A stretch of DNA of 64,000 nucleotides from a virus. Every line of letters begins with the position of its first letter. The first letter of the stretch is position 1. Where the stretch lies: the IMG/VR virus record IMGVR_UViG_3300030329_005488, positions 5,696-69,695 of that record; one strand, written 5' to 3'. Below, piece after piece: positions 9,655 through 19,125 of this stretch. Made by a program: the position numbers and the translations under genes. The notes beneath the pieces are model-generated. The model saw only the letters and a program-made list of their open reading frames with translations, ran no database searches and had not been told where the DNA came from.

Positions 9655-9719
9655 GTCTCTCTCATGGCCGTTGAAAGAACCGGAAGGGGAGCCGGTGACA
9701 TCTCCCCGACTACAATCTT

Positions 9720-9755
9720 GGGGCCGGTGCAGTCGCACCGGTCCCTCCCCCTTTT
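9720..9755 (+). terminator. GC-rich hairpin followed by a pyrimidine/T tract
   Basis: ggggccggtgc-agtc-gcaccggtccc (11-bp stem with one G-U) then tccccctttt, downstream of the 8911-9654 gene. Confidence 0.45.
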
Positions 9756-9994
9756 GCCTCAGTGCCCAATGCACTTCGGCCACAAGGGCTCAGAACCAGT
9801 GCTCCTTCCCGACCATATGGATGGGGACGTCGTACAAACACGCAACATCAGAACGTCCACACATACCCCCCTACCTCACTACATCCCACTCTCAGGCTTG
9901 ACCACAAGCCATCACAGCGGACCACTACCACAGTCAGCCTACATGCTGATTGAGTATGTGATTCTGCGCCGTTCCAATACGGAACTCTTGATTC

Positions 9995-10046
9995 TCTTGT
10001 ACTATTATGATAGAATAATAGTAAATATATTGTATTATAATAATGA
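9995..10046. repeat. AT-rich element, copy 2
   Basis: similar to 3545-3595; upstream of the small early gene cluster. Confidence 0.5.
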
Positions 10047-10204
10047 AATAATATCAATAACAATACTTCAGCCAAGCGCTGAACCACTCACTCTCACTAT
10101 GTCTGTCGGCGCATCCCATCCCTTAGCCGACCACAGTGAGGGGCAGCACTGTGCCGCTAACTCTGCCCCACTTCCCACTCCCAATGTATATGGAGAGATG
10201 AACA

Positions 10205-10438
10205 ATGAATAGATGGATAGCATCAGAAGAAAGAGTACGACGAATAGCCGTTAGAATGGCGTGTCATGGACACACATCGACGTGTGATGAATGCCCAGCG
10301 ATAGCGTACAATCCTAACTGCGCTGTCTCAAGAGAGGCATACACAGAACGAAACTTCCCAGCACTCCACCAGATGGAGACTGAGGCAGAGAAGCAAGGAA
10401 CGATTGACCACGAAGCACTGAACGGAGTGATGGCATGA
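10205..10438 (+). CDS. hypothetical protein (Cys/His-rich)
   Basis: 77 aa, GGAGAG SD, ATGA overlap with the next gene. Confidence 0.6.
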   Translation: MNRWIASEERVRRIAVRMACHGHTSTCDECPAIAYNPNCAVSREAYTERNFPALHQMETEAEKQGTIDHEALNGVMA

Positions 10439-10626
10439 AGAAATATGTGACATGGGTAGAGGTGAAACCTCGCAGTCCACCTAAGTCGAAGAGGTTCAAG
10501 CAAGGACGCACTGGATACCACCGAGCAATCAGAGCACAGCAAAGAGCCGAAGAGATTCGAAAGGAAACAGAGAGCATTCGATTGTCTCTCTTGAACAAAT
10601 CGACACAAGGAGAGGAAGAGGAATGA
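10435..10626 (+). CDS. small basic hypothetical protein
   Basis: 63 aa, translationally coupled on both sides. Confidence 0.55.
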   Translation: MKKYVTWVEVKPRSPPKSKRFKQGRTGYHRAIRAQQRAEEIRKETESIRLSLLNKSTQGEEEE

Positions 10627-10970
10627 ACGAGACAGTTACTGAGCATCGCCGGACCACATTCACCGCAATTGACATCGGTAAATGGCCGAACTTCATGAAT
10701 TACGCTTGGGGACTTGCTACTAACCAAAGGCGTCATCTCCCAGAGCCTCAGACAATAGAGCAGGCTGTGGTGTACATGACGGACTTCACTACCTTCCCAA
10801 AGGGAACTCAGTGGGGACTGAACGATGAGGGAATCACTGGACTCTGGATTCATGACCTTGACTTATTCTTAGAGGAGAACAAAGCAGAGATACAATCCTG
10901 CATCGAAGAGGGTGAGCATGTTCTATCCATGGATGAGATAAGGAAGTGTACGATTAAGGAGAGTGAATGA
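10623..10970 (+). CDS. hypothetical protein
   Basis: 115 aa, SD and ATGA overlap. Confidence 0.65.
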   Translation: MNETVTEHRRTTFTAIDIGKWPNFMNYAWGLATNQRRHLPEPQTIEQAVVYMTDFTTFPKGTQWGLNDEGITGLWIHDLDLFLEENKAEIQSCIEEGEHVLSMDEIRKCTIKESE

Positions 10971-11053
10971 ATGAATGCTTTGTCTAAGAAGTATGGCATC
11001 GATTTTGTCTACCACATCAACCGTCGATACATAGGGAATGTTTGGGTGGCAGT

Positions 11054-11227
11054 ATGAATAGCGATAAAAGAACCTGCACATGCGGCTTTGACTTTAGATG
11101 GTTAGACAATGAATTGTTCGTTGGTCACACCTACGTGACTGAATTAAAATTCAGGACATATTCAAACAAAGACGTCGTGAACCACTTGTTGAGGAACGAA
11201 ATAGGGAGGCATAAACAATGGGAATGA
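11054..11227 (+). CDS. small hypothetical protein
   Basis: MNSDKRTCTCG...; in the coupled gene chain. Confidence 0.45.
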   Translation: MNSDKRTCTCGFDFRWLDNELFVGHTYVTELKFRTYSNKDVVNHLLRNEIGRHKQWE

Positions 11228-11454
11228 ATGAAACAGATGACAATGAGGGCACGGCATACCACACGTGGGTATTTGCATGGCCACTGGACAAGAATGGAAC
11301 CCTACTGCTTAGCGGTTGGGATAGGCGGATGAATGTAAGAGAGTCACTGAAGAGACTTCGTGCAGAGCACCCTCTGTATGAATGGCGCAGTCGTAAAGAG
11401 ATTGTAGATAATCAGAAGATTCACTCCATCGAGATGAGGAAGGTGATTGGATGA
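11224..11454 (+). CDS. hypothetical protein
   Basis: ATGA overlap with the previous ORF; ends in GGTGA SD for the next gene. Confidence 0.55.
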   Translation: MNETDDNEGTAYHTWVFAWPLDKNGTLLLSGWDRRMNVRESLKRLRAEHPLYEWRSRKEIVDNQKIHSIEMRKVIG

Positions 11455-11684
11455 GTAAGGAATTCAAGTTGCCAATCCATACCCCAGAGATACAGAAGGA
11501 TATGGCTACTGTATCTCTGCGTGGAGAAATATGTGCCCGTTGTGGTCACCCCATCACTGAAGAGCACGAAGCGCACACTGACTTCGATGGTAGAGACATA
11601 CATGAGGAATGCTGTGAGAAACATGGCCCTTGCATGTACGAAGGCAAGGAGTATGAAATACGCAGCAAGGAGGAATCAGCATGA
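11451..11684 (+). CDS. small Zn-finger protein
   Basis: CARC ... HEECC; coupled. Confidence 0.6.
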   Translation: MSKEFKLPIHTPEIQKDMATVSLRGEICARCGHPITEEHEAHTDFDGRDIHEECCEKHGPCMYEGKEYEIRSKEESA

Positions 11685-12406
11685 AGTTACACGCAAGATG
11701 CAATAACTGTGGAGTTGTCACAGCGACAGCGAACCTCGATGAGAAAGAATCAGAATGGGGTGGATGGCCTTTCACTATTCAACCATGCTGCGGTCCATCA
11801 TCGAACCCTTGCATCTCGATTCACAAAGGCGCAGCACCAGCAGACGCTTGCTATGCTAACCACGTCACTGCTCCACTGTGGACAGTAGGAATGAGCCTTG
11901 CGCATGTCTCTATTGAGATGCAAGTAATGGAGCGGAAGGACGACCCCTACCTGCGAGACTACCGACCACCTCTTGAGAATGTAACTCTCTGGGACATAAA
12001 CCAAGTAGTTCTGAGTATGCTCCCCGCAAATGTGTATTCTTGGTTCGGTTTCCATGACAAGGAGAAGTCAGATGGGCAGAAGTTCATCAACATGATTGAT
12101 GCTCTCAATGATTCCACACGAACCCCAGCAGGAACGCAGTGGGTAGGGGGAATCGGTGGAGGAAGATGGAATATTATGTTGATTCCCGACGAACACTATG
12201 GTCTCAAAGATGTGGGACCTTCCGCAGAGAGTCCTGTACGACTCGCTCTAAGATGGGGATTGCAAGACGAAGAGGCCACTGAAGAAGAGGCACTTGATTA
12301 CCTCAACAAATGGACAGACAGGGCTTACAATACTCAATGGGGATTCAAGGAAGAGAGTGGATTCGGATTGTACCTCTATCGAGATGGTAAACTGGAGTGT
12401 GTTTGA
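11681..12406 (+). CDS. hypothetical protein with N-terminal CxxC
   Basis: 241 aa, GGAGGA SD, coupled. Confidence 0.7.
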   Translation: MKLHARCNNCGVVTATANLDEKESEWGGWPFTIQPCCGPSSNPCISIHKGAAPADACYANHVTAPLWTVGMSLAHVSIEMQVMERKDDPYLRDYRPPLENVTLWDINQVVLSMLPANVYSWFGFHDKEKSDGQKFINMIDALNDSTRTPAGTQWVGGIGGGRWNIMLIPDEHYGLKDVGPSAESPVRLALRWGLQDEEATEEEALDYLNKWTDRAYNTQWGFKEESGFGLYLYRDGKLECV

Positions 12407-12408
12407 AC

Positions 12409-12855
12409 ATGAGTAGCATACCAGCAGCCTGCGCTAAATGTCAGACTCCAACAAGGAGGTTCTCTACTACACAGAGAGCACATCAAATCTTATGCCCTGA
12501 TTGTCAAGGTAAGTTGAGTGGGAAGAATGTATATTCCCGCAAGACTATGTCGATACAAGAATTAGAGAACAGACTCTCAGGTATTGAAAGAGACCTTCAG
12601 AGTATGAAGGATGCGCAAGAGATAGCAATCAGTGGACTCAAGTACGAGATGCTACAATTACTTGAGGGCTATATTGAGAAGGCTGACTTGAAGATAGTCA
12701 AGCCTCTACTCGACGAAGTAGACTCACGATTCATGAGTAGATTCGTGACTGTGAATAACAGAACCAAGGTCAACACTCAACTCATCCACATGTTGGTTGA
12801 GGATTTACAAGATAACATTCCTGTACAAAGGAGGAAAAAATATGACGAGCAATGA
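12409..12855 (+). CDS. Zn-finger plus coiled-coil protein
   Basis: CAKC...CPDC followed by heptad-like IQELENRLSGIERDLQ. Confidence 0.65.
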   Translation: MSSIPAACAKCQTPTRRFSTTQRAHQILCPDCQGKLSGKNVYSRKTMSIQELENRLSGIERDLQSMKDAQEIAISGLKYEMLQLLEGYIEKADLKIVKPLLDEVDSRFMSRFVTVNNRTKVNTQLIHMLVEDLQDNIPVQRRKKYDEQ

Positions 12856-13444
12856 ACTGAAAAGAAAGACGAAAGCAGAACTGTTGGAACACATTGAATG
12901 GTTAGAGGAGAGAATGACTGAATGGCGAGAAAAGGAAAGCAGCCTAAGAATTAGCATGGGGAATGAAGAAGAGAAGCGCAATAACGCATTACAAACTCTG
13001 GACATCGTATCATACGAAGGACTTGATAGTGCGCTTCAGCAGTATGACTTCATATCAGTGCATGATTTTGAGGAGAATCTCAGGGAACATGAGTACGAAC
13101 TTCAAGACTTAGTCGCTGGCTCAATCAGTGACGAGGTGGAGTCGCAGATTGAAGACATCGATTGGTCATATCATGGTCTAATCACAGAGGACAACTTACA
13201 AGATGAGATGGAGAGGTATTCTATGGACCCATCAAGTCTCCTCTCTGAAGCATTGGATAATGTATGTGAGGATGGTAAGACGAAAGTTGCTGACCTCATC
13301 ATCCAACTTCAGAACGATGGACTTCTCACTACCCCGATGGAGGAATTGAAGTCTATACTGGCTGGGTTCGCATCACAGTTGAATGATTGTGCCTCGATGA
13401 TGATGACAGTCCTGAACGGAGGTGACGACAATGGCGCAGAATGA
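12842..13444 (+). CDS. acidic coiled-coil hypothetical protein
   Basis: start ATG 12842 after GGAGGA; strongly D/E-rich. Confidence 0.7.
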   Translation: MTSNELKRKTKAELLEHIEWLEERMTEWREKESSLRISMGNEEEKRNNALQTLDIVSYEGLDSALQQYDFISVHDFEENLREHEYELQDLVAGSISDEVESQIEDIDWSYHGLITEDNLQDEMERYSMDPSSLLSEALDNVCEDGKTKVADLIIQLQNDGLLTTPMEELKSILAGFASQLNDCASMMMTVLNGGDDNGAE

Positions 13445-14399
13445 AACGGAAGCATTGGTATCACACTTGACTTCCTTAACGGGAGACGAGCAGGAGAAAT
13501 TGATTGACTGGTGTAAGGGAGGAGATGGTCATGGCCTCATGAGGTCAGACTTCTATTCCTTCTTGCCTGATGAGTTGGTCGATGGTATGAGTGAACGGAC
13601 ATGGAGTGACATGAATGTGATAGGATTCAGGGGCACTGATGAGGCATCTGTCGAACTCAGGAAATGGCTTAGGTATAATGGGAAGTTAGATTGTGAACCC
13701 ATGCTTCGCTTCCTTATACATCAGCGTCGCCAATTGGAGGACGAGTCACTCTCTGATGAAGAGATGAGAGAATGGGGGGATGGATTGAGCAATGTAGTCT
13801 TGTTCGCATTCACACATCACGAAGATGAAATCACAGACTGGGTGAATCTCAATCGTGTTCGATGGTTGAAGACTTATTTCTCAGAGTCGAAGTCTGAATT
13901 GACGACAGGTGAGAAGAACAGGATAGAGGAGACGGTCAGCAAACTCAAGGAGGGTCGCCACATGTTGACTTCAGATGGTGATTACGAAGGAGCAGATGAT
14001 GCAGAGCGCTATCGAATTGATGCGACTGAATCTGAGTTGAGTTTCCATCAAGCCATGCATGAGAAGCATCTTGAGTATGAGGAGCGAGGCTTCACTGAGC
14101 AAGATGCTCCTGATGGTTGGATTGTCGTGCCTGTTGTTATGGGGAGCCCCATGGGAATCGTCTACGGTGCTCCTCACTTTGATAACAGTGCATACATGCG
14201 TCGCCCTCTCGGTACTCACTACTGCGCCAAACCATATGTCGATGGTGTGCAGAACGGTCACATGCTTGGACGAGTGGCTCGTGTTGTCAACCCTAAACAC
14301 AAGAACACAATGATGGGGCGTGGTTCAGGCGCAAGAGTAGATGGCGAGGCCATCCTCTCTGCACTTGGATTTGATGATGCATTGGAAGTGACAGCATGA
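13432..14399 (+). CDS. hypothetical protein
   Basis: about 320 aa; GGAGGTGA SD before MAQNETE (start approximate; ORF track 13422). Confidence 0.7.
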
Positions 14400-14548
14400 T
14401 GTTCGACATTGAATTGGAGAGAAGGATAGGTGATGAGTTCTATTTCACACTCACACGTGAGGACGGAGTGAGAGGTAGGGTACAACTCAACATGAGGCTC
14501 ATCGTTGAGACAGACTTTGATGACCACATTGAATGGGAGGATGATTGA
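14396..14548 (+). CDS. small hypothetical protein (50 aa, below ORF-track cutoff)
   Basis: MMFDIELERR...EWEDD; fills the gap exactly with an ATGA overlap. Confidence 0.55.
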   Translation: MMFDIELERRIGDEFYFTLTREDGVRGRVQLNMRLIVETDFDDHIEWEDD

Positions 14549-15103
14549 ATGCAAGAAGTATTACATCACGGACAAAGAGTAGCACTTGGATGCTTGTCCT
14601 GTTACAACGAAGGGCGATTGATATACAAGTGGCTGAACGCTGATGAACTGGAGGAAGCACATGAGTCAGGCAACCTTGCCAAAGCAGTATGCAGCAGAGC
14701 AGATACCATCTACCACAAGAGGGACGAGTGGCACGTACAGGACTACGATGGTGAGATAGGCAGACTGCGCTTAGGTGAGAACCCCGACATCGAGAACCTC
14801 ATTCAGATGATGAGACTCATAGATAATGACCCTGACAAATACGCAGTGGCATGCATAGCAGCCTACGATGCATACGAGTCACCCACTGCTGACGAAGTAG
14901 AAGAGATTGCAGACATGATGCTTTATGTTGGAGACCAATTACTTGAGGACTACTTCATGGAGATGGCTTACGATTGTGGATACATCAAGAACGGAGACTA
15001 TTGGGAATCATACATTGATTGGGAACACTATGCAAGAAACTGCATGTTTGATTACACCGAATACAAATATCGTGGCGACACATACTTGTTGCCACACCAC
15101 TGA
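14549..15103 (+). CDS. ardA: ArdA-family antirestriction protein (DNA mimic)
   Basis: family-typical segments LSCYNEGRLIYKW, EWHVQDYDG, LGEN..I, YIDWEHYARN; acidic, 184 aa. Confidence 0.8.
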   Translation: MQEVLHHGQRVALGCLSCYNEGRLIYKWLNADELEEAHESGNLAKAVCSRADTIYHKRDEWHVQDYDGEIGRLRLGENPDIENLIQMMRLIDNDPDKYAVACIAAYDAYESPTADEVEEIADMMLYVGDQLLEDYFMEMAYDCGYIKNGDYWESYIDWEHYARNCMFDYTEYKYRGDTYLLPHH

Positions 15104-15116
15104 GGAGGAATGAAGA

Positions 15117-15440
15117 ATGGGAGAATACACAAAGGAAGACATAGGATGCTACTTCGATGGTGCGTTTGGCTATGACCATAATGCACTACGAGTATTGGAC
15201 TTGGCTAAACAACATGGCTTCAATGAATGGTCGTCACGCCTTGAGCAACAGGCTTACTCACCCAATGGTGTGAAGGAAGAACACTATGAAGAGTGGATGG
15301 AAACAATAGATAGGGCAGAGGACTACCTCAACGAACACACTACCCGACCCGACAACACATACTGGTCGTGGGAGGATGGAGACTTCGGACTATGGCAGTA
15401 TGATGAGGATGGTGAATTAACATGCGAAATGCGAGAGTGA
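15117..15440 (+). CDS. acidic hypothetical protein
   Basis: 107 aa, GGAGGA SD. Confidence 0.7.
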   Translation: MGEYTKEDIGCYFDGAFGYDHNALRVLDLAKQHGFNEWSSRLEQQAYSPNGVKEEHYEEWMETIDRAEDYLNEHTTRPDNTYWSWEDGDFGLWQYDEDGELTCEMRE

Positions 15441-15652
15441 GTAAAGGGACATCGAGAAGCAAGCGAGAAATTATCAGAGACGTCGTGATTGAACATGGGC
15501 CTCTTACAGCGAGAGAGATAGAAGAGTTGATGGTGGACCAGAAGATTAGGAATACACCTTCCACGACTTCAATCAGAGGACTCATCAAAGGTATTCCAGA
15601 TATACGTGCAGTGAGTGTAGGCTCGCCTGCACTGTACGGGGTGTGTGAGTGA
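15437..15652 (+). CDS. small winged-helix DNA-binding protein
   Basis: IIRDVVIEHGPLTAREIEELM...TPSTTSIRGLI; GTGA overlap. Confidence 0.6.
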   Translation: MSKGTSRSKREIIRDVVIEHGPLTAREIEELMVDQKIRNTPSTTSIRGLIKGIPDIRAVSVGSPALYGVCE

Positions 15653-16977
15653 GCGATACTCTATACACATGGCAGTCGAAGGCTATCCAAGCATGGGAAG
15701 ATGCAGACCAGCGTGGCACAGTGATGGCACCGACTGGTTCTGGGAAGACCAGAGTAGCCACCACCATCATCTCAGACTGGCGCAGGAATGCGTTAGAGAA
15801 GCAGGAAGGATATGGTATAGTCGTCGTCGTTCCCACTGTACGTTTGATGAAACAGTGGTACGACGTGATGACGAATGAACTCATGATGGATAGAGTTGGA
15901 CGATATGGTGGTGGCCACCTCGACAGGCATCTAAGTGTCCTTGTCGCTGTTGTGAACAGTGCGAGGAAACTATACTTCAGTAGCCCGAACACATTACTCA
16001 TCTGTGACGAGGCTCATAGGATGGCCACCGAGAGGAATCGTGTCATCTTCGGCAACATGACTCACGATGCTGTGCTTGGGCTCAGTGCTACACCTGACCG
16101 TGCTGATGGTAAGGATGTCACACATCTGACTGGGGACGTGGTGTATCGACTTGGTTATACTCAAGCAGTCGAGGATGGTGTGATACCAGAGTTCACTGTC
16201 AACATTGTTCAGACCAAACTCAATGGCTTTGAGCGAGGGAAGTATAAGAAGATGACACGGACGATTGGAATGTTTGCCAGTAAGATTGCTGAGGTGTGGG
16301 GTAACCGTAGCCCCATGACTATCCCTGAAGACCAAGATGAGAACGTCACCTTCTGGCGTAATGCTTGCATGGAGAGAAAACGTATGGTGAATGATAGTAA
16401 GGAGCGAGAGGATGTGCTCGACCATTTACTCTTACGTAATCGAGGAAAGAAGATTGCAGTCTTCCATGAGTCAGTCGATTCTATTGAGAGGATGGCGCAT
16501 AAGTATAGACAGGATGATGTCGAAGTCGATGTCTTCCACAGTGAAACGAAGGATGGTGACACTCAGTTCAACCGATGGTGCAACAGCGTACCCGACGAAG
16601 GGCGAGTGCTGTTCTCTTGTAAGGCACTCAAGGAGGGAATCAATGTACCTTCGATGGAGGTAGTCATCATGTTATCAGGTAGTAATGATGCTCGCTCTCG
16701 CATTCAAACTCTTGGCCGTGCTCTTCGTGGCACAGCAGCCGATGTCTATCTGCTCTACGCAGTAGGTACGACGGACAAGCGTGGCTGGCAAGAGATGGTT
16801 CAGGTCGGACAGATACCTCATCGGTTTCTACAACACACTATGTGGGACGGTTCTCGGATAGTCCCATTGGGAGTGACGCATGATGTGGGAGTCAAACCTC
16901 AAGGTGATTCATTAATGGATTTATTAGAATCATTATCAAAACTGCGCGAAAGTAATATTAACCACGCGCAGAAGTAA
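15649..16977 (+). CDS. superfamily 2 (XPB/Rad25-like) DNA helicase
   Basis: Q motif YTWQ, APTGSGKT, DEAH, LSAT, EGINVP, QTLGRALR. Confidence 0.85.
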   Translation: MSDTLYTWQSKAIQAWEDADQRGTVMAPTGSGKTRVATTIISDWRRNALEKQEGYGIVVVVPTVRLMKQWYDVMTNELMMDRVGRYGGGHLDRHLSVLVAVVNSARKLYFSSPNTLLICDEAHRMATERNRVIFGNMTHDAVLGLSATPDRADGKDVTHLTGDVVYRLGYTQAVEDGVIPEFTVNIVQTKLNGFERGKYKKMTRTIGMFASKIAEVWGNRSPMTIPEDQDENVTFWRNACMERKRMVNDSKEREDVLDHLLLRNRGKKIAVFHESVDSIERMAHKYRQDDVEVDVFHSETKDGDTQFNRWCNSVPDEGRVLFSCKALKEGINVPSMEVVIMLSGSNDARSRIQTLGRALRGTAADVYLLYAVGTTDKRGWQEMVQVGQIPHRFLQHTMWDGSRIVPLGVTHDVGVKPQGDSLMDLLESLSKLRESNINHAQK

Positions 16978-16981
16978 TATT
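16944..16981 (+). promoter_or_regulatory. 16-bp direct repeat at 22-bp spacing upstream of the 16999 gene
   Basis: gcgcgaaagtaatatt / gcgcagaagtaatatt (14/16 identical) in an AT-rich patch. Confidence 0.35.
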
Positions 16982-16998
16982 CCAAAGAACGTGATACA

Positions 16999-18927
16999 AT
17001 GAGTGAACAAATGGAAATGGAAAGACGCACAGCAGTTTTCGCAACTACTGTGCTTGAAACAACGAATGACTTGGTGCGGTTCGTCTACCGCTCCCAAGTG
17101 TCAGATGAACAGAGAACAGCAGCACCGAGAGATGCTATCGAAGGACGTAAGGGAATCAATCTCCCTGATGGTACCACTCTCTATGTGTTGAAAGATACCT
17201 CAATCGGGAATCAATCGTATCGAGTGGACATAGCATTCAGTGGGGACAGGGAACCTGTCTCCCCCACTGAGCCGATGCACATTGAGATTGTCGACATGGT
17301 AGAACAAGGTGCTGCTATTGAGAACATACGTGAATACGTGAAACAAGAAAAAGAAGGAGGAAACGAAATGAAACAAGAAGAGGAAAAAGTGGACTTGGGA
17401 GGCTTATTGGATAGTCTGTCTGCCATGAATGAACGAACGGAAGAGGAGCAGGTTACGACTGACAAAGTTGAACAGGCACTCTTGAATGATGAACCACAAG
17501 AGGAAGAGGACTGGGATGACACCGTCCCTAATTTCTCTGTGAGTGAAGAACAAGTGAACGAAACTATGGGAGATGCTGAAGTTGTCATCGAGACACCTAA
17601 GCCTAACCTCAAAGAGACAGCATGGGACGGCGCTCTTTTGTCTGGCGGTCGTGATGATGACTCAGTCATATGGAGATTCGACCCACGCATGGCTCCTTGC
17701 TTCGTCCTCGTCAACGAGGATGCTGTGAACCGAGGAGAAGCCGCACCAGAGTTTGCCCGTGTGAACAACAAGAAAGGAGAGGCTGCGCTGTATGCGCTAC
17801 TCAATCCTACCCTCGCTGACGAGAAGCGACCGGCGGGAGCATCATTAGCAAGTGCTGGAGTGAGTTCCAAGTATGGATTGCTTGCTCACCCTGATTGGGT
17901 TGACCCGATACTGCGTGCTACCGCAGAAGTGGGTGGGGCACAAGCCAAAGTCACCTCATGGAAAGAGGGCGCGAAATGTAGAGTGGACCTCGATGTGAGT
18001 CAGGCTACTCAGAGTCGCAAAGAAGCAGCAACCAGAAGGAAGGAAGCGGGCGCATCTTTCCTCTCCCTCGATGCCTTTGGTGAGATGAACCAGATGCTCG
18101 ATGGAATGTACAAGTTTGGATTCGCTATTGAGAACAGCATTGATGGTAAGGGAGCATTCCACGCAGCCGCTATGGCTCTGCGTGTTTATTGTGGCAACCT
18201 TGCTTCGATGGGTGGCATTCAGGCTCTTTGGTCAGCGAGGCATACCAAGAATGTCATTGCCTCTATCAACTATGATGAGTTCGCATCGAACATCGTTGAT
18301 GCCACAATGGAACTGGAGAACTGGCTGATTAAGACTGAGATGTTGTCTTGGCTCCCAATGGATGTCCAACTCATGTCTCGTCTCATGTCAACTGCTGAGT
18401 CACATGGTCTGTTGACTCTCCCCAGAGTCAAGTGGGAAGAGAAGGGAGGAGAACCAAAGGTCAGTGGAGGTCATCTCTGGCGTGTCATCGGAGATGGCTT
18501 CGTCAACAATGAGCGACCTCACGTTGCTGTCTCTTCAGGAGATAAGAACACTTACTACCATGCTCTGAATGCGTTCACTGGTGCTTTCACTCACAAGCCT
18601 GAGTGGACAAGTAAGGACGGGAAGACTGTGATGAAGGGGAATGTTATCGGCATCGATGCACTCTCTAAGAAACTTCAGCGAACCAATGACATCTTCATGT
18701 CAGCAGCGACCAGTGGACTCGTAGCAGCGAAGAAGAAATGTGGTACAGGGGAGAACGGAACCCTCACTATGAATGACAAGGATGATGTGAAATCATACAT
18801 CGCCGCTCATCCTGAAGTCATCTTCGTCCCTCATGTGACAAAGGACTCTCGTAACAAGAATCGCTCGACATTGAAATCAATCGTCGAGGTACCAACCATC
18901 GAGGAGGCATTGAACTTAGTAGGTTGA
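16999..18927 (+). CDS. DUF932/DUF945-like domain protein with acidic N-terminal extension
   Basis: ENSIDGKG...LRVYCGN...RHT pattern typical of DUF932-like mobile-element proteins. Confidence 0.65.
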   Translation: MSEQMEMERRTAVFATTVLETTNDLVRFVYRSQVSDEQRTAAPRDAIEGRKGINLPDGTTLYVLKDTSIGNQSYRVDIAFSGDREPVSPTEPMHIEIVDMVEQGAAIENIREYVKQEKEGGNEMKQEEEKVDLGGLLDSLSAMNERTEEEQVTTDKVEQALLNDEPQEEEDWDDTVPNFSVSEEQVNETMGDAEVVIETPKPNLKETAWDGALLSGGRDDDSVIWRFDPRMAPCFVLVNEDAVNRGEAAPEFARVNNKKGEAALYALLNPTLADEKRPAGASLASAGVSSKYGLLAHPDWVDPILRATAEVGGAQAKVTSWKEGAKCRVDLDVSQATQSRKEAATRRKEAGASFLSLDAFGEMNQMLDGMYKFGFAIENSIDGKGAFHAAAMALRVYCGNLASMGGIQALWSARHTKNVIASINYDEFASNIVDATMELENWLIKTEMLSWLPMDVQLMSRLMSTAESHGLLTLPRVKWEEKGGEPKVSGGHLWRVIGDGFVNNERPHVAVSSGDKNTYYHALNAFTGAFTHKPEWTSKDGKTVMKGNVIGIDALSKKLQRTNDIFMSAATSGLVAAKKKCGTGENGTLTMNDKDDVKSYIAAHPEVIFVPHVTKDSRNKNRSTLKSIVEVPTIEEALNLVG

Positions 18928-18939
18928 ATACAACTTTCA

Positions 18940-19116
18940 CCCTCCAAACGGAGGGTCAGGGGTAGTTTGGAGGGCCGTGCTTGTCCGTCTTGCATCTGTT
19001 CATCCCCTGACCCTCACCCATAACCCTGTGACCCCTCGCATGGGTCCGTGCTGATTACTACCATCTGAGATGGTCCAGTGCGAACCATGCAGGACAGGCC
19101 ATCAGGGCCACAAGGA
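18940..19116 (+). ncRNA. structured intergenic RNA (pseudoknot or switch, plus a multi-stem element)
   Basis: 18940-18949 pairs perfectly with 18965-18974; 18951-18962 pairs perfectly with 19004-19015; further stems gcatgg/ccatgc and accatc/gatggt downstream. Confidence 0.5.
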
Positions 19117-19125
19117 GAAATAACA

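Noticed and set aside
9596-10212. ORFs 9664-10212, 9596-9901 and 9762-9953 as real genes
   Set aside because: They cross a terminator-like hairpin and an AT-rich island, have atypical composition and lack the GGAGG/GGTGA SD used by neighbouring genes
18930-19120. tRNA or hammerhead ribozyme
   Set aside because: No cloverleaf with a TTC T-loop and no CUGAnGA...GAAA core; no tRNA or rRNA was recognised anywhere in the window
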